This document shows, in pieces, positions 42,044-53,413 of a stretch of DNA of 64,000 nucleotides. The DNA is from a virus (taxonomy: Duplodnaviria; Heunggongvirae; Uroviricota; Caudoviricetes): IMG/VR virus record IMGVR_UViG_3300013902_000267, one strand, 5' to 3'. The number at the start of each line of letters is the position of its first letter. The stretch's first letter is position 1. Below the pieces are notes generated by a model. It had not been told where the DNA came from. It was given only the letters and a program-made list of their open reading frames with translations, and made no database searches. The position numbers and the translations under genes are program-made.

Positions 42044-43555
42044 TTAATTAGTTTCATTTTCTGATGATTGTTCATCTTCAATATTAGTTATACCTGCATC
42101 TAATTCTTTTTCTTCCTTATTAACAAAACGATAGCACTTCAATTTGAATGCACGAGGTATCATATCATCTATTTTAATTACAACACCTTCATGTGGAACT
42201 TTATTATTACATTCAGGTGATAACATTTCCATATAAAAATTCTTATCACTTGACATCTTATTCCAAAAATTTTCGTGCCAATGATTAGTTATATCAAGCT
42301 CAGGATACAAATCTTTAGCTTTACCATAATAATATTCAATTACAGGTGTTAATTCATGTTGAATACACCATACTTGTACTTCTCGTGGTGAAAATTCATG
42401 TACATCTCCATCAACATTTGTTAAAGTAATACGATATATCATTATCTTAAAATGCTTTCCATATGTATACTCTTCACCAGACTTTAAAGGTACACATCCA
42501 TAATCATATCCCTTTTGTATATAATTATTATTTGGAAGATAACCTACAATTTCTGCATAAATCATCATTCCCTTTATCATGTGTGGCTTTAATACATTAA
42601 ATGCTTCACCCCATATATCAAAATTATAGAATCCCTTATGATATACATTACCATTTTTTTCAGATTCCTTCATTATATACTGGTTTTTTATAACAGTTCT
42701 TGATGAATATAAATAATCATAATCATTAAATTCATAACCTGTTAAAAATTTCGCAATTTTCTGCTTTATAGTTAATTGTTTCTTACATAAAACATAACCA
42801 ACACAAAGAGAAGTACCGTGCCATTTAGAACTTATATGTATATAATCATTAGGTTGAACAACAAATGGAACCTTCTTAACAAGTGCAGTGTCGTAATGGA
42901 ACCTAAATTGTTCTGGTATAACTCTGTTAAATCTCTTTAACTTTCGTTGTCTTCTCTTATATCTAGATTGATCACCTCCAGTTTTATTTCTCTTTATAAA
43001 TATCTTTGGTATAAATTTCTTTGATAACCAAAATGATTTACCATTATGTTCAATAGTATCAAACCATGTTCCATCCTTTATATCATTCTCATTAACTTCT
43101 ATATTAAAATTATCTAATATAAAATTAAGAACTACTTGTAATTCTATCAAGAAACCATCTGATACACCATTAGGTAAAAATACTTTTTCAACTTCTCCAG
43201 TAGATGGATCAATTTTATCCATTGTTGCTCGTAGTCTAATGGACTTCACTCTACCATTATCATCAAATAACCCAGTTTTATTAGGATTACTATTCATTTC
43301 ATTTTTACGATATAAATTAGCATATCTTAAAAATTCAGGATTTATTTGTGTACTTGATGGAAAGAATACATATTTTCCTGGTTGTGAATCCTTACTTACT
43401 ATAACATTATAAATTGTATCTCCACCTATTCTACAACACTTTAACTTGTTAACTTCAGGATTAGGATGTGGAGAGAAATCCTCTTCCTTGATATAAATTA
43501 CACGTGAAACATAATTAGGGTGTAATTCACTTTCCTTCGACTTAATAAACTTCAT
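42044..43555 (-). CDS. RNA ligase, Rnl2-like nucleotidyltransferase (KxHG motif I) with an N-terminal extension
   Basis: Motif I 'SSKWHGTS' resembles T4 Rnl2 'KIHGTN'. Motif IV 'HEGVVIKID'. Motif V 'AFKLKCYRF'. 503 aa. Confidence 0.6.
   Translation of the reverse strand: MKFIKSKESELHPNYVSRVIYIKEEDFSPHPNPEVNKLKCCRIGGDTIYNVIVSKDSQPGKYVFFPSSTQINPEFLRYANLYRKNEMNSNPNKTGLFDDNGRVKSIRLRATMDKIDPSTGEVEKVFLPNGVSDGFLIELQVVLNFILDNFNIEVNENDIKDGTWFDTIEHNGKSFWLSKKFIPKIFIKRNKTGGDQSRYKRRQRKLKRFNRVIPEQFRFHYDTALVKKVPFVVQPNDYIHISSKWHGTSLCVGYVLCKKQLTIKQKIAKFLTGYEFNDYDYLYSSRTVIKNQYIMKESEKNGNVYHKGFYNFDIWGEAFNVLKPHMIKGMMIYAEIVGYLPNNNYIQKGYDYGCVPLKSGEEYTYGKHFKIMIYRITLTNVDGDVHEFSPREVQVWCIQHELTPVIEYYYGKAKDLYPELDITNHWHENFWNKMSSDKNFYMEMLSPECNNKVPHEGVVIKIDDMIPRAFKLKCYRFVNKEEKELDAGITNIEDEQSSENETN
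42066..42092. repeat. 27-nt repeat (copy B, 3' end of the Rnl2-like gene)
   Basis: Identical to 40860..40886. Confidence 0.8.
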
Positions 43556-43657
43556 ACTAGATTTAATTTTATTTTCCTATGTCATTCTTTAGTTCGAGTC
43601 TCCACTACTCACGTATCACCAGATTATTTTTTAATAGGAAAATAATCAAACCTATTA

Positions 43658-43930
43658 TTAATATTTAGAAAACTGTTCATTCAGAACAGATAATTCTTTT
43701 TCTTTCTTAAAAATTAGCTTATCTAGGAAATCATCCATCATTCTCATTTCATCTTGATTTAGAATAATGTCAATATATGGTTTTCCATAATGATATGTTT
43801 GATAATCACTTTTCATTATCCATTCAATATCATGCAACTTTTTTAATTCTTTACATGCGGATATAATACCTTTAGTCTTTAATATTCTTTCATGTAAAGA
43901 ATTAATTTTTTTTAAAGTATCTTCATTCAT
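43658..43930 (-). CDS. Hypothetical protein
   Basis: 90-aa ORF. Confidence 0.35.
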   Translation of the reverse strand: MNEDTLKKINSLHERILKTKGIISACKELKKLHDIEWIMKSDYQTYHYGKPYIDIILNQDEMRMMDDFLDKLIFKKEKELSVLNEQFSKY

Positions 43931-43933
43931 AAT

Positions 43934-44425
43934 TTAAAATAGTTTAACGGACGCATTAGTATCCATTCTTTCCTTCATACCATTATTATAATAATCAGCC
44001 AAAATTTCAGCTTTAATTTTAGGTGACAATACTTTCCGTACTACATAATCATAATTAAAATTAAAGAATTCATTTATAGCTATTACCATTTCATATGCAG
44101 ATAATGTCTTCACCTCTGCTAATTTATTTTTCATGTAATAGAAGATTTTCCCTGTTTCTTCCTTAGGTATTTTTGGAACGACGAATGTAGATGTATCAAC
44201 TTTATATTGTTCTGCAAATGGAGATTCTATCCATATGCTATATAATTTTTCTGCTGTATCTTTCCTTTCATGCAACAAGACTATATCATCTGTCATCGCA
44301 TAATCATACTAATCTGCGACTAAAGGAGATACAGTCATTGTTTGACTTGAAAGATCTGCATTATAGTCTGAACTCGCAAAATACCCATCATTACTAAGCA
44401 TCTTCTATGTATTAATTCTTGCCAT
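43934..44425 (-). CDS. Hypothetical protein with a TAG-containing N-terminal extension
   Basis: The track ORF 43934..44296 extends in frame through two TAG codons to ATG (rc 44423-44425): 'MARINT-Q-KMLSNDGYF...'. Confidence 0.4.
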
Positions 44426-44491
44426 ATAATGTTTGATATTTTTTCTTTTACTATAATTATATGATAAAAATAGCAAATTGTTTATAATATT

Positions 44492-45682
44492 TTACATAGA
44501 AAATAAATCTTGTGCTTGTATTTGTGTTTCAGTTAATCCTAATTGCGGAGTACTCATAGAATCAGATGCACCGGGACGAATACCAACAGATGAAGAATAA
44601 TTATTTGAATTATTATGTTGGTAATTATTATCTCCTTTATGCTTATCTTTTACTAATCCATCCAATGAAACATTCTCAGGAATAATATTTTCCTCAAGAT
44701 TCTCTTCAATTCTTAAATATGTAGGATTAAAATCAAATTTCTTCTTATCTCCCATGTGTCCAGAATTACGTATTGCTACTGCTTTCAAATAATATGTATT
44801 ATCTACACGCATTAAAGATGACTGAATAATACCGAACAAACTATCAACAGTTGCGATAAGACCTCCAGATTCTGAAACGTTACTCATACCAATATCAGTA
44901 GAATCATATGCAGTTCTATTTGTCTGTGTTAATGATACAACACACCAATTATTTCTCTGAGCCATCGCACGAACATCCTCGCAGATAGATTTAATCTTTA
45001 AATATGTACTTTCAGAATTTGGATTCTTTGCGTCTTTCATAATATTAACATAATCAATGAAAATGTTCTTAAACTTAAATGGTTTATCTTCTGTAGATAA
45101 CTCTTCTTCTTGCTTAAGTAAGAATGACTCAATATCATAAACAGTTGCAGATGATGTAGGGAACTCTTCTATAATAAACTTACCTGGATTAATAAGTGAA
45201 TTCATATAAAATTCCTTCATTTTCTGCATCATAAGATTTGTGTCTGATGCATACTTATCATATTCTTCAATTGGAATATTAAAAAGATTTGAACCTATAC
45301 GTTGTGCTACAAGCTGATAAGCCATCTCCAATGTAATATATGCAGAATTCTCACCATTTCTTACAGAATTCGCACATAGGTTACAAAGCCACATAGATTT
45401 ACCAACTTTAGGTGACCCCATAAATACATTAAGAGTCTTATTTGCCCATCCGCCTTTCAAACATTGATCAACAAAATTATAACCTGTTTTCCTTGTTTCA
45501 AGTTCAGTTTGTTTATGATTAATTGGGTCAAAGAAATCATGTCCTTTAGAATTATTTAATGTAAAATTAGTTTCACTCTGAAATAATGATTTTATATGTT
45601 GTACAATTTCTGCACAATTTTCAAATGTAACTTCAGATTCTGTTGTCTTTACATATTCAATAACTCTTCGGAGACCTGTCAT
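44492..45682 (-). CDS. DnaB-family replicative helicase (C-terminal RecA-like domain)
   Basis: Walker A 'GSPKVGKSMW'. 'ITLEM'. Walker B 'IFIDYVNIM'. 396 aa. Confidence 0.6.
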   Translation of the reverse strand: MTGLRRVIEYVKTTESEVTFENCAEIVQHIKSLFQSETNFTLNNSKGHDFFDPINHKQTELETRKTGYNFVDQCLKGGWANKTLNVFMGSPKVGKSMWLCNLCANSVRNGENSAYITLEMAYQLVAQRIGSNLFNIPIEEYDKYASDTNLMMQKMKEFYMNSLINPGKFIIEEFPTSSATVYDIESFLLKQEEELSTEDKPFKFKNIFIDYVNIMKDAKNPNSESTYLKIKSICEDVRAMAQRNNWCVVSLTQTNRTAYDSTDIGMSNVSESGGLIATVDSLFGIIQSSLMRVDNTYYLKAVAIRNSGHMGDKKKFDFNPTYLRIEENLEENIIPENVSLDGLVKDKHKGDNNYQHNNSNNYSSSVGIRPGASDSMSTPQLGLTETQIQAQDLFSM

Positions 45683-45688
45683 TAAATT

Positions 45689-46000
45689 CTACCATTCGCC
45701 AAATGCTACTGTATTCTGTTCCAACCATTCATCTGTATATTGACTAACCATATCACGAGTTTGCCATAATGTATGAATTTGATCTTCTGTTACTTTATCA
45801 TCTTTAGCTGCTAATCTAATAAGATCTATTGTTTGTTGCTCAGTTGGTTCTGCTCTAAAATCTAATATATGCGGTTTAACCACATCAAATATAATTTTTA
45901 ATGCAGGATTAGTAAAATATCTTCCTTTAAAAGACTATACAAGATTTAAATTCTTAATTATATAAAAGAATATGACGTTTTCAAGATACGTATTATTCAT
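45689..46000 (-). CDS. Hypothetical protein with a TAG-containing N-terminal extension
   Basis: The track ORF 45689..45883 extends in frame through one TAG to ATG (rc 45998-46000). Confidence 0.4.
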
Positions 46001-46125
46001 AAATAAATTATTCTACCTTTGTTTTAATTTATAGTGAGTAAAAGTATTAAAGTTTATTAGCAATTCAAAAATTAAGAAAATTATATATAGTTTTGTAAAA
46101 CTATAAAAATTTCTCAATTTTTATA

Positions 46126-46938
46126 TCATTTTATTGGAATTTTTGATGTTTTTTCAAAGATTTTTCTATTGTTTTCATCATTAAGTATATACCCACTGTG
46201 AATAACAAATTTATCTCTATCAAACTCCCCATATTCATCTGATTTCATATGAACAGTTTCCTTATATACAAATCTTCCATATTTCTTTCCATCATCAAAT
46301 GTATTCCAATCAATATCAGTTGATTCTTTCAAAATATCTATAAGTTCATCTGCTTTCTTTGATGTACATTCCTTATGTGACAAATAAGTTCTTACTGTTT
46401 GTTGCTTGCTGTTTCTTATACAATCAAGTTGTCTATATAAGAACCATGTATAAACATCATTATATGATGGAACATTCCATGCTTTACAATCGAACTCATG
46501 TAATTTTATATTATTAATAATATCAATAAGTTCAGATTTACTGAATTGCTCTTTACATGTTCTATTAATTGCTTCAATAATCATTAATTGATTAAACTTA
46601 GATGTTGCCATTGATGCACATAGTGGTAATATTTTCTCCAATCTATAACCAAAAAATGAATCTGTTTCTGGTGTATCAAAATCCGTAATAACAAGAGATA
46701 TTTCATCTGACTGGACATATGCGAATTTACATCCTTGTATACATTCACATAAATATCTTGCGGTTTCATTCATAATATTAATGAATGTATCATCAAATGG
46801 TTTCTTGAAATATTTTTTAATGGTTGATGAAAATGATCTACCGTCTAACATAACCATTACATAACTATTTGGCATTAACTTATAATCTGTTAAACCACGA
46901 AGATATAGCATTCTATCTTCAATATTCTTAAATTTCAT
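46126..46938 (-). CDS. Thg1-like 3'-5' nucleotidyltransferase (tRNA-His guanylyltransferase family, TLP)
   Basis: 'VMVMLDGRSFSSTIKKYFKKPFDD' resembles Thg1 'VVVRLDGRNFHRF..KPND'. 'AYVQSDEISLVI' resembles 'AYGQSDEYSFVF'. The track ORF starts at 46980; the ATG at 46938 is more plausible. Confidence 0.6.
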   Translation of the reverse strand: MKFKNIEDRMLYLRGLTDYKLMPNSYVMVMLDGRSFSSTIKKYFKKPFDDTFINIMNETARYLCECIQGCKFAYVQSDEISLVITDFDTPETDSFFGYRLEKILPLCASMATSKFNQLMIIEAINRTCKEQFSKSELIDIINNIKLHEFDCKAWNVPSYNDVYTWFLYRQLDCIRNSKQQTVRTYLSHKECTSKKADELIDILKESTDIDWNTFDDGKKYGRFVYKETVHMKSDEYGEFDRDKFVIHSGYILNDENNRKIFEKTSKIPIK

Positions 46939-47025
46939 AATTATACAAATATAATAAAAGGATATTATCAAATAAATCAAATATTTGGTAATATCCTCAT
47001 GTTATTAAAAATTAAATATTCATTA

Positions 47026-47262
47026 TTAATATACAAATTGAATCTTTGATTCAGCCATATTTGTGATACGCCATGAGAACATAGTACCACTCATTTGCTC
47101 AGTTACCTTGTGTTCACAATTTGTAACATTTGTAGCCTCAACAAGATGCACTTCCTTAATTTTCTTAGGCTTACCATTATCTGGATTTTCTCCATCAATA
47201 ACAACAGTACACATATAGAACTTATTGCCTTCTGATGGTTGCATTACTTTCATGTCTTCCAT
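47026..47262 (-). CDS. Hypothetical protein
   Basis: 78-aa ORF. Confidence 0.35.
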   Translation of the reverse strand: MEDMKVMQPSEGNKFYMCTVVIDGENPDNGKPKKIKEVHLVEATNVTNCEHKVTEQMSGTMFSWRITNMAESKIQFVY

Positions 47263-47457
47263 AAATTAAACAATTAAATTTGATTTTTTACTTCTTGCTT
47301 ATCCTTCTTAGTTTTAGTTTTTAAATTAATTATTTTTAAAAACCTATGTTTCTTGTTTCATAGACACACTACTTTTTAGTATAGTTATTATTTATAACTT
47401 CTGTCATCCATAGTTAGTATCTCCACAAGCGTAAATTCGGTAAAACTCAACCCTATT

Positions 47458-47772
47458 TTAAACTATTAAATTTAATTTTTTCTCTTCTTGCTTATCATTT
47501 TTATTCTTCATATTCTTTCTACTTTCAAAAAGTTTCTTATCATATGGACTTAATTCCCTACAATTAGCACATATAAAAACTTTCAATGGAACTTGTGTAG
47601 TTTCTGAACCTTGACCAATAAGCATGCCAGGAACTTTCTTAAAAATAATACCAGGTATAAAAACCTCACATCCACAATTTGGACATACTTCTGAAGGATA
47701 ATCTAACGGATTTACCGCTGGCATATTTGCATTAGTACCAGCGGCATTTCCAAATAGTTTGCTATTTTCCAT
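47458..47772 (-). CDS. Zinc-ribbon protein
   Basis: 'CPNCGCEV...CANC' motif. Confidence 0.4.
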   Translation of the reverse strand: MENSKLFGNAAGTNANMPAVNPLDYPSEVCPNCGCEVFIPGIIFKKVPGMLIGQGSETTQVPLKVFICANCRELSPYDKKLFESRKNMKNKNDKQEEKKLNLIV

Positions 47773-48881
47773 TAGTCAACTTTATTTTCTTCTTTTTCTG
47801 CATCAGCTGCAGCTTCTTCAGCCTCACGACGTGCAATAACAGCATCACGTTCATCAGATGGTACATCTGACAAAATTACACGATTCTTCTCAATCTTATG
47901 TACATATACCTGTACATTTGCACCTGCAGGAATTTCATTATTTCTCATTGCCTCGCGAGTCTCATCCTTTACAAGTGTCTTATGCAACATACCTGTAATA
48001 AACTCGTCAAGCTCGACGAACACACCAAATGAGGTTGTACCTGTTACTTTACCCTCAAATACATGGTCCTTATCATTCTCCAACAAATCCTCAAGTTCAC
48101 GAAGCTTGACTGGAAGCATTGTTCTCAAGAACTTCTTACGTGATACAACAAAACCATAATTTGGATCATAAGATTCAATCATAACCTCAAACTTAGTACC
48201 AACCATGCTCTCAAAATCAGTTACACGGTTAGCTGCTGCCATTGAACCAGGCATAAATGCCTTAACCGTATTCATAATATCAACAACAAATCCACCCTTA
48301 TTAGTAGACAAAATTGTTGCGTAATATGCCTTAGACTTCTTGGTAATCTGTTCCTTCATCTCTCTCTCAAGAGTTTCAACATAACCATTCCAGATAGACG
48401 CTTTCTCAACATCACCCTCTGTAATCTTAGCATTCAAATCCATACCAAGAAGTTGTTCCTTAAACTTAGGGTCCTTCAATGCGGTTACAAACATATCCTT
48501 ATCCATTGTCTTATCATCACCGACATTGAACTGATTAAAGAACTGATGTTCCTTATTAAGATCAACGATAACATTGTTAGAACCACCATTAATTGTCAAC
48601 ATCAATGTATCATCATCAATAGGATCAATATCAGAAATATGCACAAGTGCATTCTTAATAAGTTCCTTACTACCAATTACATGAACATTTGCATATGCAT
48701 CATACAAATCCTGTGCATAAGATTCATGACTATAAACTTTCTCGTTATTCTTTGTCTTAATATTCTTATTTACCTTAAGTGAAGTACCATTCCATCCATC
48801 ATCATATGGACTCCAATCAAATGAACCCGGTGTTGGTTCGCCCCATTCATAACGTTGGGTCAACTCATTAAATTTCGCCAT
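47772..48881 (-). CDS. S1-domain RNA-binding protein (ribosomal protein S1-like, about 3 S1 repeats)
   Basis: Repeated '...G.V..I...G.FV.L......GMLH' S1-like segments. 369 aa. Confidence 0.5.
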   Translation of the reverse strand: MAKFNELTQRYEWGEPTPGSFDWSPYDDGWNGTSLKVNKNIKTKNNEKVYSHESYAQDLYDAYANVHVIGSKELIKNALVHISDIDPIDDDTLMLTINGGSNNVIVDLNKEHQFFNQFNVGDDKTMDKDMFVTALKDPKFKEQLLGMDLNAKITEGDVEKASIWNGYVETLEREMKEQITKKSKAYYATILSTNKGGFVVDIMNTVKAFMPGSMAAANRVTDFESMVGTKFEVMIESYDPNYGFVVSRKKFLRTMLPVKLRELEDLLENDKDHVFEGKVTGTTSFGVFVELDEFITGMLHKTLVKDETREAMRNNEIPAGANVQVYVHKIEKNRVILSDVPSDERDAVIARREAEEAAADAEKEENKVD

Positions 48882-48950
48882 TAAATATTCGTTTTTAAAA
48901 AATTAAACTTAAAATTATCAAAAATTAAAAATTATTAAATATTAAATTAA

Positions 48951-49829
48951 TTACTGTTGTACTGTTGAAAGAACAGTAAATGATGTTTGATCAGTTGATT
49001 CAATTCTTACCTTTTGCTTTGAATCATTAGGTAATGTAATAATAATACTCTCTGCATCACCTTTAAGATTTACTGCTGTAAAGAAATTACTTCTGTAAAT
49101 AGGTATTGCATTTTCTGCACCTGTACCATCTTTCAAGAAACCAAGCAAATAATCATAAGATTCATTTGTATCATCATACGCATAAAGTGCCCATTTGCCT
49201 GTACCTTCATCAATCTTTGTATAGAACTTAATAATATCTTTCTTTGCATCTGTAACAAAAATAGAAGAAATATTAGTAAGATTCTTCAATACATTCATTG
49301 AAATCTCAAATGACATAGGATTTGCAATAACATTAATTCTATCAAAGAAAAGTTCATCTGATACTTGTTCAAACTCAGATATATTGCAATCCTTTACCTT
49401 CATTGTATTTGTACGAGATTTAAGTCTAATAGACTGTGCATGGAACTCATCTCCTACATGTCCCTTATAAACATCAAAATCTACATTCAATTGAAAATCT
49501 GTATCCTTGAAAATATCGATAACGGAAATAAATCGTGGAAGAATCATAAAGATACCAATCTTAATTCTTACATTATATTTCTCATTCCATTCATCAAGAG
49601 AATATGCAACATTATCATTATCTCTGATATTCAAAATTTCCAATCCAGCATTTTCAAAAGAAATCTTTGCATATTTAACTACAGTATGATCTGCAGTAAA
49701 ACCCTTTGAAACAAAGCATTGTTCTTTCAAATCACATTCTATGAGAAGTGAACTTTGGATTTCCTTAAAGGCTTTCAACCATGTAGAAAATCCTGCAGTT
49801 GTTCCTTTATTCTTAAATACTAAATTCAT
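48951..49829 (-). CDS. Hypothetical protein
   Basis: 292-aa ORF. Confidence 0.4.
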   Translation of the reverse strand: MNLVFKNKGTTAGFSTWLKAFKEIQSSLLIECDLKEQCFVSKGFTADHTVVKYAKISFENAGLEILNIRDNDNVAYSLDEWNEKYNVRIKIGIFMILPRFISVIDIFKDTDFQLNVDFDVYKGHVGDEFHAQSIRLKSRTNTMKVKDCNISEFEQVSDELFFDRINVIANPMSFEISMNVLKNLTNISSIFVTDAKKDIIKFYTKIDEGTGKWALYAYDDTNESYDYLLGFLKDGTGAENAIPIYRSNFFTAVNLKGDAESIIITLPNDSKQKVRIESTDQTSFTVLSTVQQ

Positions 49830-50134
49830 TATTAAATTATGTTAAAATTAAACGTTTATAATTATTAGATATTTAACTTAATAACAACATATACAAACTT
49901 TATAATATATGTGAAGTTAACCTAAGAAACTATATTATAATATAGAAGATAATTATCTAAATCTTATCTTATCTTTTTTTTAAAAATATAAATTAATTTA
50001 AATTCTATATGCATAATTTATAAACTAAATTCTTCCAATGACTTAAATTTATAAATACATAATGTATATAAAATAAATATATTCATATTTTAATATTTTA
50101 TTTATTATATTGATTAACTTATAAAAAGTTTATA

Positions 50135-50371
50135 TTAAATTCTTGAAAAATTTTTAATAATTGAATTTATACGTTTTGTATGTTTTAATTGTTGTTGTGT
50201 AGTTGGCCATTTAGTATATCCTCTGCTAAACCATGTATGAACAGCAATTAAATTTGTATCATAAAATTCATTTTTAATATCATTGCTATATATCGCTGAT
50301 GTTAATCCCGATAAATCAAATGTACAATTATTTTTTACAAAATCTGAATCATATAAATCTGTACCAAACAA
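50135..50371 (-). CDS. Hypothetical protein
   Basis: 78-aa ORF. Confidence 0.3.
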   Translation of the reverse strand: MFGTDLYDSDFVKNNCTFDLSGLTSAIYSNDIKNEFYDTNLIAVHTWFSRGYTKWPTTQQQLKHTKRINSIIKNFSRI

Positions 50372-50410
50372 ATAATATATAGGTGTATCAGATAAAATTA
50401 CTAATGCTTG

Positions 50411-51157
50411 CTACAATATATAATATGGTTCAAAATTAGGTTCTTCTTCATCTTTATAACTATATGGAATTTGATGGGGTTCAATTTTATTATCAGGATC
50501 ATCTCTTACTGTTTTACAATAAGGTGTCTCATGATTTGGTAAATCAACTCTTGTTTCTCGAAATATCTTTGCATTAGAAATCATTTTCATTGATTCTCCA
50601 TTCATATACTTATATAAATCTTTATCTTTATTGTTTATTAATTTATTGATAAATTCTTTATATAAAGTATTAGGATTTTTCTCAAATTCGTTTGATATAT
50701 ATGTAATTATATTATTAAAAGAAATATTTTTATCTCTTAATAATTTAATATTCCAAAAACTTAAAAAAGTATTAATCATAAAACGACTATGATTCCTATG
50801 ACAAAATACCCCACCATCTTGAGGACCTGCTATACAACAACCACTTTGTACAAAATTCTTAAATTCTTTTATTAAAGATTCAAAATCATTAATAAAACAA
50901 TCCTCATCTATATAAATTACATAATCAAAATTTTTATTAGATAACATATAACTAAACATTAATAAAAATGCATCTAACCCATAAAATGGCTTGTTATCTT
51001 TTATACCTGGAATAACCCAAAAATTTTGAATAGGTATATATTCTATATATGTCTTTAATGACGGTATTAACAATGAACTAGGTAAACATATTGAATTTGT
51101 TACAAAGCATACTTTATTCTATGATAACCATGTTTTAATCTCTACTATATTATCCAT
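50411..51157 (-). CDS. Putative DXD-motif glycosyltransferase-like protein with a TAG codon at position 13
   Basis: 'FDYVIYIDEDCFIND' DxD-like motif. In-frame extension through TAG to ATG (rc 51155-51157). Confidence 0.3.
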
Positions 51158-51209
51158 TTAAATAAAATTAAATTATTGTATATATTTTACTTTAAATTAA
51201 TAATAAAGT

Positions 51210-51518
51210 TTACAATGTTGATATATTAAAGCCACAATAACTCAATAAAATTACTATACGGATAAAATCTTGCATTTTAACATTTTCAAAATCTTTAACT
51301 TGCTCAAGATGTATCTTTAATAATTTTATATCTAATGGTTTATTTTCCTTATATAGTTTATATACATAATCATAACATATTTCAAAAAGTTCTTTTTCAC
51401 TTTTAGGCATATCACCATTAAGAATAGTATTCTTCATTTCTAAAGAATAATGGTCAAAGTCCATTTTCTCAAGGGACTTTGACCATTCATTAAAATCTTG
51501 TTTATTTGTTGTGTTCAT
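51210..51518 (-). CDS. Hypothetical protein
   Basis: 102-aa ORF. Confidence 0.35.
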   Translation of the reverse strand: MNTTNKQDFNEWSKSLEKMDFDHYSLEMKNTILNGDMPKSEKELFEICYDYVYKLYKENKPLDIKLLKIHLEQVKDFENVKMQDFIRIVILLSYCGFNISTL

Positions 51519-52227
51519 AATACTTTCTATACTCTTTGTATAATTTATCTATAATCAATTGGTTATCTAAATTTTCAATATGAATTTCATTTACCATTGC
51601 ACATAATTTCCATAATTCATATTGATTAATACCAGATTTTTCATAATCATGATACCATGTAGTTTCAGGAAACATCCATCCATCATCCTCGCCAATACCA
51701 AATATATGAATATCATTATGTAATTTATCTATAATTAATGATACACCACCATATGATTGACAATGACTATTATATGTAAAATGGTAAAGTCTTATAGAAG
51801 CTTCATCATAAAACCCTTTATCATAACAACCAAATGAATCCATCATATTACCTAAATAACACGGATCATAATCATATTCATATTTAACTTCTGCTAAATC
51901 ATTATACCAACGTGGTTGTCGATTTTTAATAACACCTATTTGAATAAGTTTATCTTCAATATCCTTATTATAAGGCCAATATTGCCATAAACAATTGCAT
52001 CCATAATGAGTTAATTCAGCAAATTTATATATATCATTCTGAATACATTCAAAGAATGGTGCATATTGCGTTTTATCTATATTATTTTCTTCAAAATATT
52101 TAAGATCATAACCACAACAACTACCATCTGCATCGGCAAGTAAATCTTCTTTCTGTTTATCAGATAATTCAGTTTTATTAAATATATATGGTAACCATTC
52201 AGAGCCTTTATTATAATCTAGAATCAT
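51502..52227 (-). CDS. Hypothetical Cys-rich protein
   Basis: 241-aa ORF. Confidence 0.4.
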   Translation of the reverse strand: MILDYNKGSEWLPYIFNKTELSDKQKEDLLADADGSCCGYDLKYFEENNIDKTQYAPFFECIQNDIYKFAELTHYGCNCLWQYWPYNKDIEDKLIQIGVIKNRQPRWYNDLAEVKYEYDYDPCYLGNMMDSFGCYDKGFYDEASIRLYHFTYNSHCQSYGGVSLIIDKLHNDIHIFGIGEDDGWMFPETTWYHDYEKSGINQYELWKLCAMVNEIHIENLDNQLIIDKLYKEYRKYYEHNK

Positions 52228-52478
52228 ATGGTACCTCCTTTCTTTATTAATATAGGTTTATAATAATCCTGAAAAAATTCAGGACATGCTAAAGGATTAA
52301 ATTCATTAGCTTTACGTAAATCTATATTTTCCCTTACATTTTTACAAAAAGGTTTAAGTACAGAAATTATATCATCTTCAAATATCTTTTCGCCTGTATT
52401 AATATCAACTAAACCAGTCCATGCAACATCTGATCTTTCAGATACCCATTGATTATTTTTATTTAGCCATGTTCTCAT
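52224..52478 (-). CDS. Hypothetical protein
   Basis: 84-aa ORF. Confidence 0.35.
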   Translation of the reverse strand: MRTWLNKNNQWVSERSDVAWTGLVDINTGEKIFEDDIISVLKPFCKNVRENIDLRKANEFNPLACPEFFQDYYKPILIKKGGTI

Positions 52479-52600
52479 TGTATAATTATCTTTTAGTTTT
52501 ACATTTAATTATACAAGATATTGAATAGAACAATAAATATATATATTCTATCCAATATCAGGCAGCCAGTTTCATTTATAGTTTGAAACAAACTTTTTAT

Positions 52601-52738
52601 TTATCGTACATCACCAGTAAAAATTGCCCATATAAACTGAAGTACCATTCCGATAACTCCAAATACTACAGGAATAATTACACATGCAAGTGCAAATACA
52701 GCAATCGCTATGATGATACCAAGTAAAAACATTATCAT
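52601..52738 (-). CDS. Small hydrophobic membrane protein (45 aa)
   Basis: MIMFLLGIIIAIAVFALACVIIPVVFGVIGMVLQFIWAIFTGDVR. Downstream of promoter-motif copy 6. Below the ORF-track cutoff. Confidence 0.35.
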   Translation of the reverse strand: MIMFLLGIIIAIAVFALACVIIPVVFGVIGMVLQFIWAIFTGDVR

Positions 52739-52773
52739 AATCTTTATATTTAAATTGTTAATATTTATGTTTA

Positions 52774-52796
52774 TTATTTACATTACAAAGATACAT
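52774..52796 (-). promoter_or_regulatory. Conserved promoter-like motif (ATGTATCTTTGTAATGTAAATAA), copy 6
   Basis: Same family as the other copies. Followed by TTAACAATTTAAATAT and then the ATG. Confidence 0.45.
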
Positions 52797-52834
52797 AATA
52801 TTTTCCTAAATAAAAAATATATTACCTAAAATTA

Positions 52835-53368
52835 TTAAGAATTTAAATAATTATGAAATGAACCATCATCAGAATCTCCAATAAGATTGTTCAATACATG
52901 CCAATACTCAAGATAACGCTTTGCTTTCTCCATATCCTGTGTTTCTTTCTCCTTATGGTCAGATCTCCAAATATACTTAAATGAATTCAACTTACAGAAA
53001 TCCATTGTTGCTTGTTTTCCAAATGTCTGAAGCATAGCTTCTATACATTGTAAGCCATTACCACCAGCGCCATAATGATTTGGATGTTCAACAACATTCA
53101 AATTCTGTGTACTAAAAATAGGATTTAATTTTGTCTTATGTAATTGTAAATGTGCAGGTTCATCCTTAAATACAATCTTCTCATAATTCAACGGTTCTCT
53201 ATTCTATTCAGCTACATTATCACTAATAGGTTCACCACATTTCTCGTCATTATCTGTTGCAACTTCATCGGTTCTATTAGAAACAAATACAATATCTTTA
53301 TCATCCTTTGTACGTGTAGGTTCACCATATACAGGTTCCTATGTACGAGTTTCCTTATTATAACTCAT
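52835..53368 (-). CDS. Phage protein (DUF3310-like C-terminal domain) with a TAG-containing N-terminal extension
   Basis: 'KYIWRSDHKEKETQDMEKAKRYLEYW' resembles the DUF3310 signature. Extends through two TAG to ATG (rc 53366-53368). Confidence 0.35.
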
Positions 53369-53413
53369 ATTATATCAATTAGTTTTCATTTATAATTATA
53401 CAGTAAAAATAAA

